DNA of 42,860 nucleotides from Candidatus Hydrogenedentota bacterium (GCA_046583315.1 JAYGCN010000177.1:1-42860), one strand, 5' to 3'; shown: positions 17,565 through 27,426, counted from the first letter of the stretch. Notes: generated by a model from the sequence alone, not told the origin. Program-made: numbers and translations.

Positions 17565-18989
17565 ATGTCTAAGGTAGACCCTCGCACGTTGAAAGGTTTT
17601 CAGGATTTATTGCCGGAAGATCTGATTCATCGAAAGCAGATTATCCGCACGATAGAGGGTATTTTCGAGAAGTACGGTTTCGTGCCGCTGGAGACCCCTG
17701 CGCTGGAGTATCTCGACGTTCTGATGGGAACCGGGGGCGAAGAGACCAACAAGGATTTATTTCGTCTGGAGAGTCCGGAGGGCGAAGATATTTCCCTGCG
17801 TTTTGATTTGACGGTTCCATTTTCGCGCCTGCTCGCACAATATCCCGATAAACTGAAGGTCCCTGTACGCAGATACGCCATTGGGCCGGTGTGGCGCGCG
17901 GATAAACCTGGACCCGGACGGTTTCGCCAGTTTACGCAGTTCGACGTCGACGCGGCGGGTTCCACTTCGGTGGCAGTCGATGGTGAAATCATCGCGATCA
18001 TGTGCGAAGTGATGCAGGCGGTGGGTGCGCCCAGTTTTCGCGTGCTGATTAATAACCGTAAGCTCATCGACGCGCTCCTGTTCGGATGCGGCATTAACGA
18101 AATCGAACGGCAGAAACATGTTTTGCGCGTGATTGATAAACTGGCAAAGGTCGGCATCGATAATATTCGACTTGAATTGGGTGAGGGCCGCATCGATAAA
18201 TCCGGCGACCCGATTCCGGGTGTTCATCTGGATTCCGAAACCATCGAAAAAATAATCGAATTTATCAGCACGAAGGGGACATCTCGACTCGATATCGTGG
18301 ACCATCTTGAAACACAGTTGCCCGCCTCGGATTCCACTTCGGGAGCACTGACGGAAATGCGCGAATTGGCTGAAGTTTTGGAAGCACTCGGTGTGGCCGA
18401 AGAACACGCCTGGTTTTCACCCAGCCTTGCGCGCGGATTGGACTACTACACCGGGCCTGTTTTCGAAACCATCATCCCCAAAGCACCGAAGTTCGGATCG
18501 GTTATGGGCGGCGGGCGCTACAACGGGTTGGTCGGGCGTTTTCTGGACCGTGAAATACCTGCGACGGGCATGTCGGTGGGGCTGGATCGTCTAATGGCTG
18601 CTCTGACCAAGTTGAAAGCCGTGACACCGATTAAAACGACGGTGCAGGTGCTTGTTGTATCGCTTGGCAATATTCCGCCCGCACAGACCTTGCTCATCGC
18701 CAATGAATTGCGCGAAGCGGGTATCCGTACTGAAGCGTATTTCGGGAAAAAGATGCGGATGAAGGATCAGCTTTCACACGCGGATCGTTGCGAAATTCCG
18801 GTGGCCGTCATTATCGGTGAAGACGAATTGGCGAATGGAGAAGTGGCGGTCAAAGATCTGATTACCGGTAAACAGCTCAAAAAAGACATCGATGATCGTG
18901 AGGCGTACCGTAAGGAAGGCAGGAATACGCAGGTCACGGTAAAGCGTGCGGACATGGTTCGGGCAGTACAGGATATTCTTAAGGGGTGA
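17565..18989 (+). CDS. hisS: Histidine--tRNA ligase
   Basis: PRTLKGFQD, ETPALE, LRFDLTVPF, WRADKPGPGRFRQFTQFD, LARGLDYYTG, GGGRYNGL and a C-terminal anticodon-binding domain. Confidence 0.97.
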   Translation: MSKVDPRTLKGFQDLLPEDLIHRKQIIRTIEGIFEKYGFVPLETPALEYLDVLMGTGGEETNKDLFRLESPEGEDISLRFDLTVPFSRLLAQYPDKLKVPVRRYAIGPVWRADKPGPGRFRQFTQFDVDAAGSTSVAVDGEIIAIMCEVMQAVGAPSFRVLINNRKLIDALLFGCGINEIERQKHVLRVIDKLAKVGIDNIRLELGEGRIDKSGDPIPGVHLDSETIEKIIEFISTKGTSRLDIVDHLETQLPASDSTSGALTEMRELAEVLEALGVAEEHAWFSPSLARGLDYYTGPVFETIIPKAPKFGSVMGGGRYNGLVGRFLDREIPATGMSVGLDRLMAALTKLKAVTPIKTTVQVLVVSLGNIPPAQTLLIANELREAGIRTEAYFGKKMRMKDQLSHADRCEIPVAVIIGEDELANGEVAVKDLITGKQLKKDIDDREAYRKEGRNTQVTVKRADMVRAVQDILKG

Positions 18990-18998
18990 CGTTGGACC

Positions 18999-19487
18999 TT
19001 AGTGTACTTTTGAGGTCCGTTTGTATCGTTCGAGCAGATCTAAAATCACGTCGTGCCCCATCAACTGCGCCATCTCGGCAGGGGTCATGCCTCCTGCATA
19101 ATAGTCCAGGATTGTCGGATCGGCTTGATGAATGAGGAGAAGGCGCGTCAATTGAGCGTGTCCATTGAGGGCGGTCCAATGCAACGGTGTCATGCCCAGC
19201 GAATCCAGCGCATCGATCGAAACACCCGCGCGTAACAATCGTAGAGCGACAGGAAATTGGGAAAAACGCGCGGCCTTGTGCAGGGCGGTTTCACCATTGC
19301 CATCCGATTCCGTGAGATCGGCCCCTCCCCAAATTAATTTATCCACGATTTCTTCGAAACCCCACGAGGCTGCCCGTAGCAATGGCGAGAGCTCGTTTGG
19401 GTGTTCAGACTTGGTTGAGCAGATTGACAGCAGGTCCAAATGAGCGTCTGTCGAGAGTTCTGATTGCGACTGATATGTGGTAGACAC
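18999..19487 (-). CDS. Ankyrin repeat protein
   Basis: SPLLRAA, GETALHKAA, GMTPLHWTA and GMTPAEMA repeats; GGAGG RBS before GTG 19487. Confidence 0.88.
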   Translation of the reverse strand: MSTTYQSQSELSTDAHLDLLSICSTKSEHPNELSPLLRAASWGFEEIVDKLIWGGADLTESDGNGETALHKAARFSQFPVALRLLRAGVSIDALDSLGMTPLHWTALNGHAQLTRLLLIHQADPTILDYYAGGMTPAEMAQLMGHDVILDLLERYKRTSKVH

Positions 19488-19703
19488 GATACATCCTCCG
19501 AATTGGTATTCTCTTTACAGAGCATAAACAGTGCCAGAAGGCGCAGGTGGAGGGATATTTTCGATGGAAGAGCCATAAGAGGGAATATAAATAGGGTTAC
19601 ACTCTAAAATAATAAAAATGAATAACACTAAATAGATAACGCGCGTTTGTTCAAAATTGTACGGCATTGTTCGCGCGGCCAACTTGTGCACAATTGTGAA
19701 CAC

Positions 19704-19733
19704 TCGACTCCCATTCCGTACCCATGCTACAAT
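19704..19733 (+). promoter_or_regulatory. Putative sigma70 promoter of the nadC operon
   Basis: TCGACT (19704-09), 18 nt spacer, extended -10 TGC-TACAAT (19725-33). Confidence 0.5.
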
Positions 19734-19768
19734 GCGGACTTCCCTTTGCGTGATAACCTGTTGTATGA

Positions 19769-20632
19769 ATGATTTTTATGACGAATGGTCAGAGTGAAAA
19801 AAAGCTCGACAAATTGATTCGAATGGCTCTACATGAGGATGTTGGGGCTGGCGATATTACTTCGGAACTGACTGTTCCTGAAGATTCCCGATGCACGGCC
19901 ACGCTTCGCGCGAAGCAGGACGGTATCTTGAGCGGAATTTCACTTTTTCGGAGAATTTTCGACCATGTTGAGGCGGATATTGAAGATTGGCAGGCCGCCG
20001 ATGATGCCTCCACTTTCGAGAATAAGCAGGTTGTAGCCCGTTTTAAGGGCCTCACGCGGGGTGTGTTGACCGGCGAGCGGACGGCGCTCAATTTTTTGCA
20101 GCACCTGTCCGGCATCGCGACGACGACGGCTATGTATGTGAAGGCCACTGGCGAGTATCAGCCCCGGATATGTGACACGCGTAAAACGACACCCTTGTTG
20201 CGAGACCTGGAAAAGGCGGCTGTTCGCGATGGGGGTGGCTACAACCATCGGCATGGCCTCTCCGATGGAATCCTCATCAAGGAGAATCATGTCCAGGCTG
20301 CAGGCGGAATCGGACGAGCCGTTGCGTTGGCCAAGGCCGGAGCGCATCACTTAATGAACGTCGAAATAGAAGTTCGTGATCTGGACGAATGCGCGCAGGC
20401 GACCGATGCGGGTGCGCGGGTGATTATGCTCGACAATATGTCTCTGGACGATATGGCGACGGCAGTGGCATCCGGCAAGGACAAAGGTATTCTGTTTGAG
20501 GCCAGCGGAAATGTGACGTTGGCGCGCGTGGGTGAGATTGCCGTGACGGGTGTCCATATTATTTCGGTTGGCGCCATCACGCATTCAGCAAACGCGGCGG
20601 ATTTGTCGTTGACGATTACCATCGATTCATGA
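19769..20632 (+). CDS. nadC: Nicotinate-nucleotide pyrophosphorylase (quinolinate phosphoribosyltransferase)
   Basis: ALHEDVGAGDIT, ERTALNFLQHLSGIAT, DTRKTTP, NHRHGLSD.ILIKENH, IMLDNM, EASGNV. Confidence 0.97.
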   Translation: MIFMTNGQSEKKLDKLIRMALHEDVGAGDITSELTVPEDSRCTATLRAKQDGILSGISLFRRIFDHVEADIEDWQAADDASTFENKQVVARFKGLTRGVLTGERTALNFLQHLSGIATTTAMYVKATGEYQPRICDTRKTTPLLRDLEKAAVRDGGGYNHRHGLSDGILIKENHVQAAGGIGRAVALAKAGAHHLMNVEIEVRDLDECAQATDAGARVIMLDNMSLDDMATAVASGKDKGILFEASGNVTLARVGEIAVTGVHIISVGAITHSANAADLSLTITIDS

Positions 20633-21381
20633 CCGCGTCGGGTTTCGAGAAAGAATGCCAAGAGGCCTTTGAGGTTGCGCTGAATACTCGGCGTATCGGC
20701 CGAAAAATTATCGCATTTAATACCATTGACTCCACGAATACGTATGCACTTGAGCACGGCGAAGACGGTACGGTTTACGTGGCGGACCAACAGTCGGCCG
20801 GTCGTGGACGACTGGGACGCACGTGGTTCAGTGACCCGGGCGTGGGACTGTGGTTTACGGCATGTTTCGACGGGCTTGTGCAAGGGTTGACTTGTGCCGG
20901 CGCGTTGGCGGTACGGGATGCGATCATTGCGCGGTGTCCGGCGACCATCAAATGGCCCAACGACATTTTGGTGGATGGCCGAAAAGTGTGCGGGATTCTG
21001 GTGGAACATCGGAACGACAAAACGGTGCTGGGCATCGGTGTAAACGTTCGTCAACGAATTGAGGATTTTCCTGAGCAGTTGCGGGAGCGTGTTGGATCGC
21101 TTGAATCGCTTAGGGGGGAATCCTGGGACCGACTCGCACTGTTGCGCGACATTTTGACCAATCTCGACCAAAAGGTTATGCTTCTGGAGTCGGGCAATGA
21201 GCGGTCCGTGTTGGATGAATGGTCCGAGGCCTGCAACATCGTCGGTCGTCGAATTAGGCGTGGCAGTGTTGAGGGCGTAGTGCAGTCCATCGACGAGATT
21301 GGTGCGCTGATAGTGGAGACCTCGACCGGCGTTGAGCGCATTATGAGCGGTGAAATCGAAGTATTAACGGGAGATGTGTGA
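20629..21381 (+). CDS. birA: Biotin--[acetyl-CoA carboxylase] ligase without N-terminal HTH (class I)
   Basis: IDSTN, QSAGRGRLGRTW, IKWPND, KVCGIL, GIGVNV and a C-terminal SH3-like segment ending SGEI. Confidence 0.93.
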   Translation: MTASGFEKECQEAFEVALNTRRIGRKIIAFNTIDSTNTYALEHGEDGTVYVADQQSAGRGRLGRTWFSDPGVGLWFTACFDGLVQGLTCAGALAVRDAIIARCPATIKWPNDILVDGRKVCGILVEHRNDKTVLGIGVNVRQRIEDFPEQLRERVGSLESLRGESWDRLALLRDILTNLDQKVMLLESGNERSVLDEWSEACNIVGRRIRRGSVEGVVQSIDEIGALIVETSTGVERIMSGEIEVLTGDV

Positions 21382-22160
21382 CTATGTTACTTGCCGTGGA
21401 TGTTGGCAATTCGAATACGGTGATCGGGCTTTACGACGACGATGATCTCAAGGCGCATTGGCGCATCGCGACGGAAAATTACCGCACCAGCGATGAATTG
21501 CGTACGCTGTTGACGATGCTGTTTCATCAAGATGATATTCAGCCTTCTTCGGTAACCGGCTGCTGTATTTCGAGCGTTGTTCCTCAGGTAAACCAGGCCC
21601 TCATCGCGATGACGCAGAAGATATTCGGGATCGAACCGCTTATGGTCGAGCCGGGTATCAAGACGGGTATCCAGCTGCACAACGAAAACCCCAAAGAGCT
21701 CGGTGCCGATAGATTGGTCAACGCGGTCGGTGCGCTCGAAGAACATGAAGGCCCGCTGATTATCATCGATTTCGGTACGGCAACGACGTTCGACTATATT
21801 TCTGCCAAAGCCGAGTACAAAGGGGGCATCATTGTGCCGGGCATTCAGTTATCGGCGAATGCGCTCTTTGAAAATTGTGCCAAATTGCCGCGTGTCGAGA
21901 TTTCAACGCCGCCAACGGTCATTGGGCGTAACACGGTATCCAATATTAGTTCCGGCCTCACCTATGGCTATGCGGATCTGGTAGATGGACTCGTGCGGCG
22001 CATGTCGGATGAAACGGGTACGTCGCCCAAGGTGATAGCGACAGGTGGATTGGCGCGGACCATCGCCGAATCTGCGAAGTCGATTGATGTGGTTGATTCG
22101 CTACTGACCATGAAAGGGTTGCGAGCGATCTATACCAAGAATGTACAAGAAATAGAATGA
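21378..22160 (+). CDS. coaX: Type III pantothenate kinase
   Basis: LAVDVGNSN, SSVVP, LGADR, DFGTATT, GGIIVPG, ATGG. Confidence 0.96.
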   Translation: MTMLLAVDVGNSNTVIGLYDDDDLKAHWRIATENYRTSDELRTLLTMLFHQDDIQPSSVTGCCISSVVPQVNQALIAMTQKIFGIEPLMVEPGIKTGIQLHNENPKELGADRLVNAVGALEEHEGPLIIIDFGTATTFDYISAKAEYKGGIIVPGIQLSANALFENCAKLPRVEISTPPTVIGRNTVSNISSGLTYGYADLVDGLVRRMSDETGTSPKVIATGGLARTIAESAKSIDVVDSLLTMKGLRAIYTKNVQEIE

Positions 22161-22795
22161 TCCGCTATTTTGCGATAGGGGGCTTGATCGTATTGGCATC
22201 GGGCTGCGGTTCTTCGACAGCGCCAGAACCGCGGCAAGAGGCGGCATCGCCTGTGGAGGAAGTAACAACTCCAGAAGTGATCGATCCTTCGGAGACTCTT
22301 GTGGCTATCGAAGGTGACGTGCAGGAACTAATTTCTGAATCAGGCGGGTTGGACATGATGCATATCGAGCGTCCGGAAATACGTATGTATGAAGAAATGA
22401 GCGCATCGGCGAAGGGACAAAAGCCCACGTTTTATGTTCGGGCGGTCACTGCGGATGGTAACGCCAATGGCGGATGGATCTTGACGCAGCCCGAGGCGAT
22501 CATCTACGGCGAAGACAGTGAAGACGTGGTCTTGAATGCCGAATCCGGATCACTAGATGATGAAAGTGCGACCGCGACTCTTGCGGGCAATGTTCAGGCG
22601 ACAATCGGTACTATGGCCGTGCAACTGGAAGAAATATTATGGGACAACAAGAATCGATTGGCCTATTCGGATAAGGCCGTAACGCTCAAAGGCGAAGAGA
22701 TGGACCTGGAGGCGCAAGGCATTCGGATTGAACCCAAAATTGGTACGATAGTACTTGAGAACGTAACCGGAACCTTTGAACTTGGAGAGATGTAG
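22157..22795 (+). CDS. lptC: LPS export periplasmic protein, LptC-like (lipobox-like N-terminus)
   Basis: Beta-jellyroll-like C-terminal half (LAGNVQ...LEEILWD...YSDKAVTL...AQGI); located two genes upstream of lptB. Confidence 0.65.
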   Translation: MIRYFAIGGLIVLASGCGSSTAPEPRQEAASPVEEVTTPEVIDPSETLVAIEGDVQELISESGGLDMMHIERPEIRMYEEMSASAKGQKPTFYVRAVTADGNANGGWILTQPEAIIYGEDSEDVVLNAESGSLDDESATATLAGNVQATIGTMAVQLEEILWDNKNRLAYSDKAVTLKGEEMDLEAQGIRIEPKIGTIVLENVTGTFELGEM

Positions 22796-22798
22796 CGT

Positions 22799-23299
22799 AT
22801 GAAGTGGCTCATTGGTATAACAATTATTATGGCGGGCGCACTGTCCGCAGGCGAAGTGGTCGCACAATCCAAAACAGCAAATTTCAAGCGGGTTATGTTG
22901 CATGAAGCCGGGAAAGCGTACCTGAATTATAAGTCCGGCCAGTTCATTCAAAGCCTGGAGCAGGGTGTTCATCTGACCTTCGTGGCGGAGGATGAGGCCA
23001 ACAACATGGAGGTGAAAGCCACCAAGATCGTATTTGATTACACGGACTCCAAAGACGATTCGGTATCGAAGATGATCTTGACGGGTGATGTCATCATCCG
23101 CAACGCTGAATTGCAGATTGAAGCCCCGAAGGCGATTATCAATATAGTGACGATGAACGCTGAATTTATTGGCGAATCGAAAATCATCCGCGAAAACGGA
23201 GAAGTGGGTTATGCCGAATCCATTCAGATTGATCTGGACACTGGAATGATCGAAATGGATAAACTTCGAATCGACAACCTGGAACTGATAAAGAAGTAA
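22799..23299 (+). CDS. LptA/OstA-like periplasmic LPS transport protein
   Basis: Signal peptide; OstA-like beta repeats (LTGDVII..., AESIQIDLDTG); directly upstream of lptB. Confidence 0.6.
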   Translation: MKWLIGITIIMAGALSAGEVVAQSKTANFKRVMLHEAGKAYLNYKSGQFIQSLEQGVHLTFVAEDEANNMEVKATKIVFDYTDSKDDSVSKMILTGDVIIRNAELQIEAPKAIINIVTMNAEFIGESKIIRENGEVGYAESIQIDLDTGMIEMDKLRIDNLELIKK

Positions 23300-23310
23300 A
23301 TCCCGATTTC

Positions 23311-24108
23311 ATGCCCAAAGCAAAGCCCAAGAAAAAGTCGACACCGAAACAGACTCCTGCCCGGGAACCCGCGATTCTACAGACGACGCAATTGCGCAAG
23401 AAATTCAAAGGGCGCACGGTCGTCGATGGCGTGTCTCTGTCCCTTTCACCTGGCGAAGTCGTCGGTTTACTGGGCGCGAACGGCGCCGGAAAAACGACTA
23501 CCTTTAGCATGGTTATCGGGTTGTTGCGTCCGTCGGAAGGTACCATCACGTTCAACGGAAAAGACGTGACCCGTATGCCCATGTACAAGCGCGCGCGCGA
23601 AGGCATGGCCTATCTCGCTCAGGAGCCGTCGGTGTTCCGCGATCTGACCGCCCGTCAGAATATCCTCGCCATTCTTGAGCATCGTGGGTTCACGAAGAAA
23701 GAGCGCCATGCGCGCACGGACGCGTTGATGGAGGAGCTCGATATAGAAGTCATTGCCGATTCGAAGGCGTATACCTTATCCGGGGGAGAACGTCGCCGCG
23801 TCGAGATTTGTCGTGCGTTGGCGACTGACCCGAAGGTCTTTCTGCTGGATGAACCTTTCGCGGGGATTGATCCTATTGCGGTAGCGGATCTGCAATCGAC
23901 GGTTACCGCCCTCAAAGAGCGCGGTATTGGTGTTCTGATTACGGACCACAATGTGCGTGAGACCTTGTCAATCACCGACAGAGCGTACGTCTTGAGCGAG
24001 GGCAAGATTCTTACCGAGGGAAGCCCCGAGCACATTGCCAACGATCCCGTTGCGCGCGAGACGTACCTTGGCGAAGGCTTCAAGATGGATTTTAGGGATT
24101 CGAAGTAA
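23311..24108 (+). CDS. lptB: LPS export ABC transporter ATP-binding protein
   Basis: GANGAGKTT, MPMYKRAREG, YLAQEPSVFR, LSGGERRRVEI, LLDEPFAGIDP, ITDHNVRETL, YLGEGF. Confidence 0.96.
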   Translation: MPKAKPKKKSTPKQTPAREPAILQTTQLRKKFKGRTVVDGVSLSLSPGEVVGLLGANGAGKTTTFSMVIGLLRPSEGTITFNGKDVTRMPMYKRAREGMAYLAQEPSVFRDLTARQNILAILEHRGFTKKERHARTDALMEELDIEVIADSKAYTLSGGERRRVEICRALATDPKVFLLDEPFAGIDPIAVADLQSTVTALKERGIGVLITDHNVRETLSITDRAYVLSEGKILTEGSPEHIANDPVARETYLGEGFKMDFRDSK

Positions 24109-24209
24109 GTGTGCCGATTCCCGCGTTGCAATGCTTCGACGTTTGCGTTATAGTTCTTTTTTGCACGACCACCCGAGCTGAAACCCGAGACAATTTTAGG
24201 AGTCCACCC

Positions 24210-24719
24210 ATGTCTGATCGATCCACCACGCTAAAAGGAAACCCACTGTCGCTTGAAGGTCCCGAGTTGTCTGTCGGCGATGCCGCACCGAACGCCACTC
24301 TCAAGAAAGATTTGGTGTCTGATATATCGCTGGACACCTTTGAGGGAAAAGTACGCATCCTGAGCGTTGTGCCGTCGGTGGATACGCCGGTGTGCGCGCA
24401 ACAGACTAAACGATTCAACGAAGAAGCCGCGAAACTTCCGAATATTGAGTTTATTACGATCAGTTGTGATCTGCCCGTTGCGCTGGGTCGTTTCTGTGGC
24501 GCGGAATCGCTGGACGCGGACTCATTTACGGCCCTCAGCGATCACAAAAGCACGGATTTCGGCAAGAAATATGGAACGCTTGTGCCGGATCTGCGTATTT
24601 TATGCCGTGCGGTCTTCGTAGTCGGTGCCGACGATAAACTGGCGTATGTTGAATACTGTCCAGAAATCGCCGAACACCCGAACTACGATGCGATTCTCGA
24701 ATGCGCGAAGAGTCTATAG
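24210..24719 (+). CDS. tpx: Thiol peroxidase (atypical 2-Cys peroxiredoxin)
   Basis: VPSVDTPVC, DLPVALGRFC, RAVFV, HPNYD; AGGAG RBS before ATG 24210. Confidence 0.93.
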   Translation: MSDRSTTLKGNPLSLEGPELSVGDAAPNATLKKDLVSDISLDTFEGKVRILSVVPSVDTPVCAQQTKRFNEEAAKLPNIEFITISCDLPVALGRFCGAESLDADSFTALSDHKSTDFGKKYGTLVPDLRILCRAVFVVGADDKLAYVEYCPEIAEHPNYDAILECAKSL

Positions 24720-24720
24720 A

Positions 24721-25425
24721 CTAATCAGTCGACTTTCCGTCTCCGTAAAGTCCTTGGTGCATGACCCAGCCGATGATGCCGCCGATGACTGGGGCCACGA
24801 TGAATATCCAGACAATCTTGAGCGCGTCCCCTCCGACCAGTATGGCGGGTCCGAGGCTGCGCGCAGGATTTAGGGATGAGTCGCCAAGTTGCGCGCCGAT
24901 GAGATGAGCGACGAAGAGAAATCCGCCTATGGCGAGCGGGGGAGCAATTGGCGGTGCACCCTCGCGTGTCGCCGAGAAAATCGTGAAGAGGAACAGGGCG
25001 GTCATAACCACTTCCCATCCGAACAGCGTTGCGACGGTCATGTCGCGAGGATTTCCGTTCGCACCCAGCCCATGATCGGCCAAAACGTATTCAGGAACGC
25101 CTTTTAACAGGAAGAGTAGCACCGCGCTGGCGGCCAAAGCCCCGGCGAACTGGGCGATGAGATAGCCCGGCAGGTGTTTCGATTCCAGACGCCCTGATAG
25201 CGCCATCGGGATGCTTACGGCAGGATTGATGTGGCACCCGGAGATGGGTCCGATCACCAGCACGAGCACGGCGAGCGTGCCTCCGAAGGCCATCGAGATT
25301 CCCAGCCATCCCGTATCGCCGTAGCCCGGCAGGAATCCCTGCAAGGTGGCGACCGATGTACCCACAAACACCAACGTAAAGGTGCCCAAAAACTCCGCTG
25401 CATACCGCTTTCCTGAATCTTGCAT
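24721..25425 (-). CDS. Aquaporin (MIP family, AqpZ-like)
   Basis: AEFLGTF, ISGCHINPAVS and SLNPARS (two NPA motifs), six TM helices; AAGGAGG RBS. Confidence 0.93.
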   Translation of the reverse strand: MQDSGKRYAAEFLGTFTLVFVGTSVATLQGFLPGYGDTGWLGISMAFGGTLAVLVLVIGPISGCHINPAVSIPMALSGRLESKHLPGYLIAQFAGALAASAVLLFLLKGVPEYVLADHGLGANGNPRDMTVATLFGWEVVMTALFLFTIFSATREGAPPIAPPLAIGGFLFVAHLIGAQLGDSSLNPARSLGPAILVGGDALKIVWIFIVAPVIGGIIGWVMHQGLYGDGKSTD

Positions 25426-25494
25426 AATACCTCCTTATGTTTGGAACTTACCAATGTCTTTTTGAATTACCACTATTCGGTCGATGCCAACTGG

Positions 25495-25890
25495 TTAGAC
25501 ATCTCCTTCGTCTACTGCCAGATGGTCAGCATTCAGGATTTTCCAGGCGGCGTGTTCGTTTCCCTGGGCCAGGTGGTGGACGCGGCGGCGTAATTCCGTT
25601 CGAAACCAGATTTGTACGGTGGAATCCGTGTGGCACCAGTAGGGTTCTTCGCGCTCGGACAGGGTATAGGTGAAGATGCGACCGTCTTGAGAGGCATCGG
25701 GCGTGCCGTTCAGAATGGATTGAAGTGTCTCGTCGGTCGCGAGTTCAACGGTGTCGATGCATGCATGGCAGATGCCTTCAGCCGATTGCCACAGTGGGCA
25801 ACGAATCGTGAGGTGGGCGTGTAGGGTTGGACAGATCTCTTGCGTGGGTACGAAAGTGATTACACTGTTGTGGCACACTGGGCAACGCAT
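25495..25890 (-). CDS. Hypothetical protein with putative N-terminal Cys-rich metal-binding motif
   Basis: MRCPVCH...W...GICHAC; GGGG RBS-like run before ATG 25890 (track start 25941). It fills the gap between two minus-strand genes. Confidence 0.55.
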   Translation of the reverse strand: MRCPVCHNSVITFVPTQEICPTLHAHLTIRCPLWQSAEGICHACIDTVELATDETLQSILNGTPDASQDGRIFTYTLSEREEPYWCHTDSTVQIWFRTELRRRVHHLAQGNEHAAWKILNADHLAVDEGDV

Positions 25891-26003
25891 CGTTTTCCCC
25901 CATGATGGCTCGATCCGAGCGTAGACTTCGGTAACCATCACGCAATTACAAAGGCGATTCTTGCACGTTTACTACGAGCCTACCATAACACAGAAACGAA
26001 CAA

Positions 26004-26031
26004 ATGGCGACCCAAATAGGTTGGATCGCCA
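26004..26031 (-). terminator. Possible terminator hairpin downstream of the M20 peptidase
   Basis: TGGCGA-CCCAA-ATAGG-TTGGA-TCGCCA imperfect stem, followed on the minus strand by TTTGTTCGTTT. Confidence 0.45.
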
Positions 26032-26055
26032 CTAATATTGGGTTCGGAGTGTAGT

Positions 26056-27426
26056 TTACGCTCCGACACTGGTCATGTAATGGATGTAGGTTTCAATGCC
26101 TTTGAAGAAGTTCGGCACGTATTGGCGCTCGTTGGGGCCGTGAATGCCGTCATCGGGCAACGCGAATCCCAGCATAATGGAATCGGCACCGAGTTTCTCC
26201 TGCATCATACCCACGACTGGAATGCTGCCACCCTCAGGAGAAAACAAGGTTTCTTTGCCAAAGGTCGTGCGCAATGCATCTTCAGCGGCCTTCATGTAGG
26301 GTGAATGCCTATCCATGGTTGAGGCCGGGCCACCGCCCAGATCGCGTACTTCCCAGTCCAGGCCCTCAGGTGTGTTTGTCTCCATATAGGCGTTCAGCAT
26401 CGCTGGGATGTCGGTGTGTTTTTGGTTGGCGACAAGGCGCGTCGAAAGTTTTGCGGTGGCGACTGCCGGGAGAACCGTTTTTGCACCTTCCCCGGTGAAT
26501 CCACTCCAGATGCCGTTGACATCGAGGCAGGGTCGCACGCCAACACGCTCCAACGTGGAGAATCCCTTTTCGCCGTGTAATGCTTTCGAACAGCTCATGC
26601 CTTTCCAGTCCTCGTCGGAGTAGGGGAGTTTCGCGATGGTATCACGCTCGTCCTGAGGCAGCTCTCGGACAGTGTCGTAGAATCCCGGCAAGGTGACGCG
26701 ACCTTCGGAGTCGTGCATGCCTGCGATGAGACGACACAGTTCGTTCGCCGGATTGTATACCGTGCCGCCGAAACGACCGGAGTGGAGATCTTTGGAGGGT
26801 CCGCGTAATTCGATTTCGAAATAGGCCAGTCCGCGTAAGGAGTACGTAATGCCTGGTTGATCCATGCCGTAGATGCCCGCGTCCGTGTTGAGCACGAAAT
26901 CACATTTCAACAGATCGAGGTTCGCATCGATGAAGGCTTCGAGATTCTCCGACCCGATTTCTTCCTCCCCTTCAATGAGATACTTCACGTTGAAGGGGAT
27001 TTCCCCATGTAGCACCAACGCCTCCATTGCCTTGATTTGACCGAAAATTTGGCCCTTCATATCTGAAGCGCCCCGGGCGTAGAGATAGTCGTCGCGTACG
27101 GCGGGCTCGAAAGGAGGGGAGTCCCATTCGTCGAAGGGGTCGGCGGGTTGCACGTCGTAGTGGCCGTAAATCAGCACCGTCGGTTTGCCCGGAGCCTCTA
27201 ACCATTCCCCGTAAACGATGGGATGCCCAGGTGTCTGCTTCAACTCCACCGTTGTCAGCTTCAGGCGTCGCAATTGATCTGCCATCCAGTTCGCGCAGCG
27301 CTCGATATCCGGCTTGTGTTCAGGCAGGGTGGATACGCTGGGAATGGAAAGTACCTCTACGAGTTCGGCTAGATGCTCTTCTTTGTGTTTACGCGCCCAA
27401 TCCAGGGCCGATTGAATGTCTGGCAT
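26056..27426 (-). CDS. M20 family dipeptidase (ArgE/DapE-like, cytosolic non-specific dipeptidase type)
   Basis: YGHYDVQP, ARGASDMKGQ, EGEEEIGS, DLHSG, GGSIP, HGPNE. Confidence 0.93.
   Translation of the reverse strand: MPDIQSALDWARKHKEEHLAELVEVLSIPSVSTLPEHKPDIERCANWMADQLRRLKLTTVELKQTPGHPIVYGEWLEAPGKPTVLIYGHYDVQPADPFDEWDSPPFEPAVRDDYLYARGASDMKGQIFGQIKAMEALVLHGEIPFNVKYLIEGEEEIGSENLEAFIDANLDLLKCDFVLNTDAGIYGMDQPGITYSLRGLAYFEIELRGPSKDLHSGRFGGTVYNPANELCRLIAGMHDSEGRVTLPGFYDTVRELPQDERDTIAKLPYSDEDWKGMSCSKALHGEKGFSTLERVGVRPCLDVNGIWSGFTGEGAKTVLPAVATAKLSTRLVANQKHTDIPAMLNAYMETNTPEGLDWEVRDLGGGPASTMDRHSPYMKAAEDALRTTFGKETLFSPEGGSIPVVGMMQEKLGADSIMLGFALPDDGIHGPNERQYVPNFFKGIETYIHYMTSVGA

Noticed and set aside
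18999..19487. Ankyrin protein as a host-interaction effector of the filament/T2SS locus
   Set aside because: It has no export signal, lies 13 kb from the locus, and short ankyrin proteins are common in free-living bacteria.
19500..19770. Replication origin in the AT-rich intergenic region
   Set aside because: There is no cluster of good DnaA boxes (only 2-mismatch look-alikes) and no dnaA/dnaN/gidA context. The 62- and 80-aa ORFs there look spurious.
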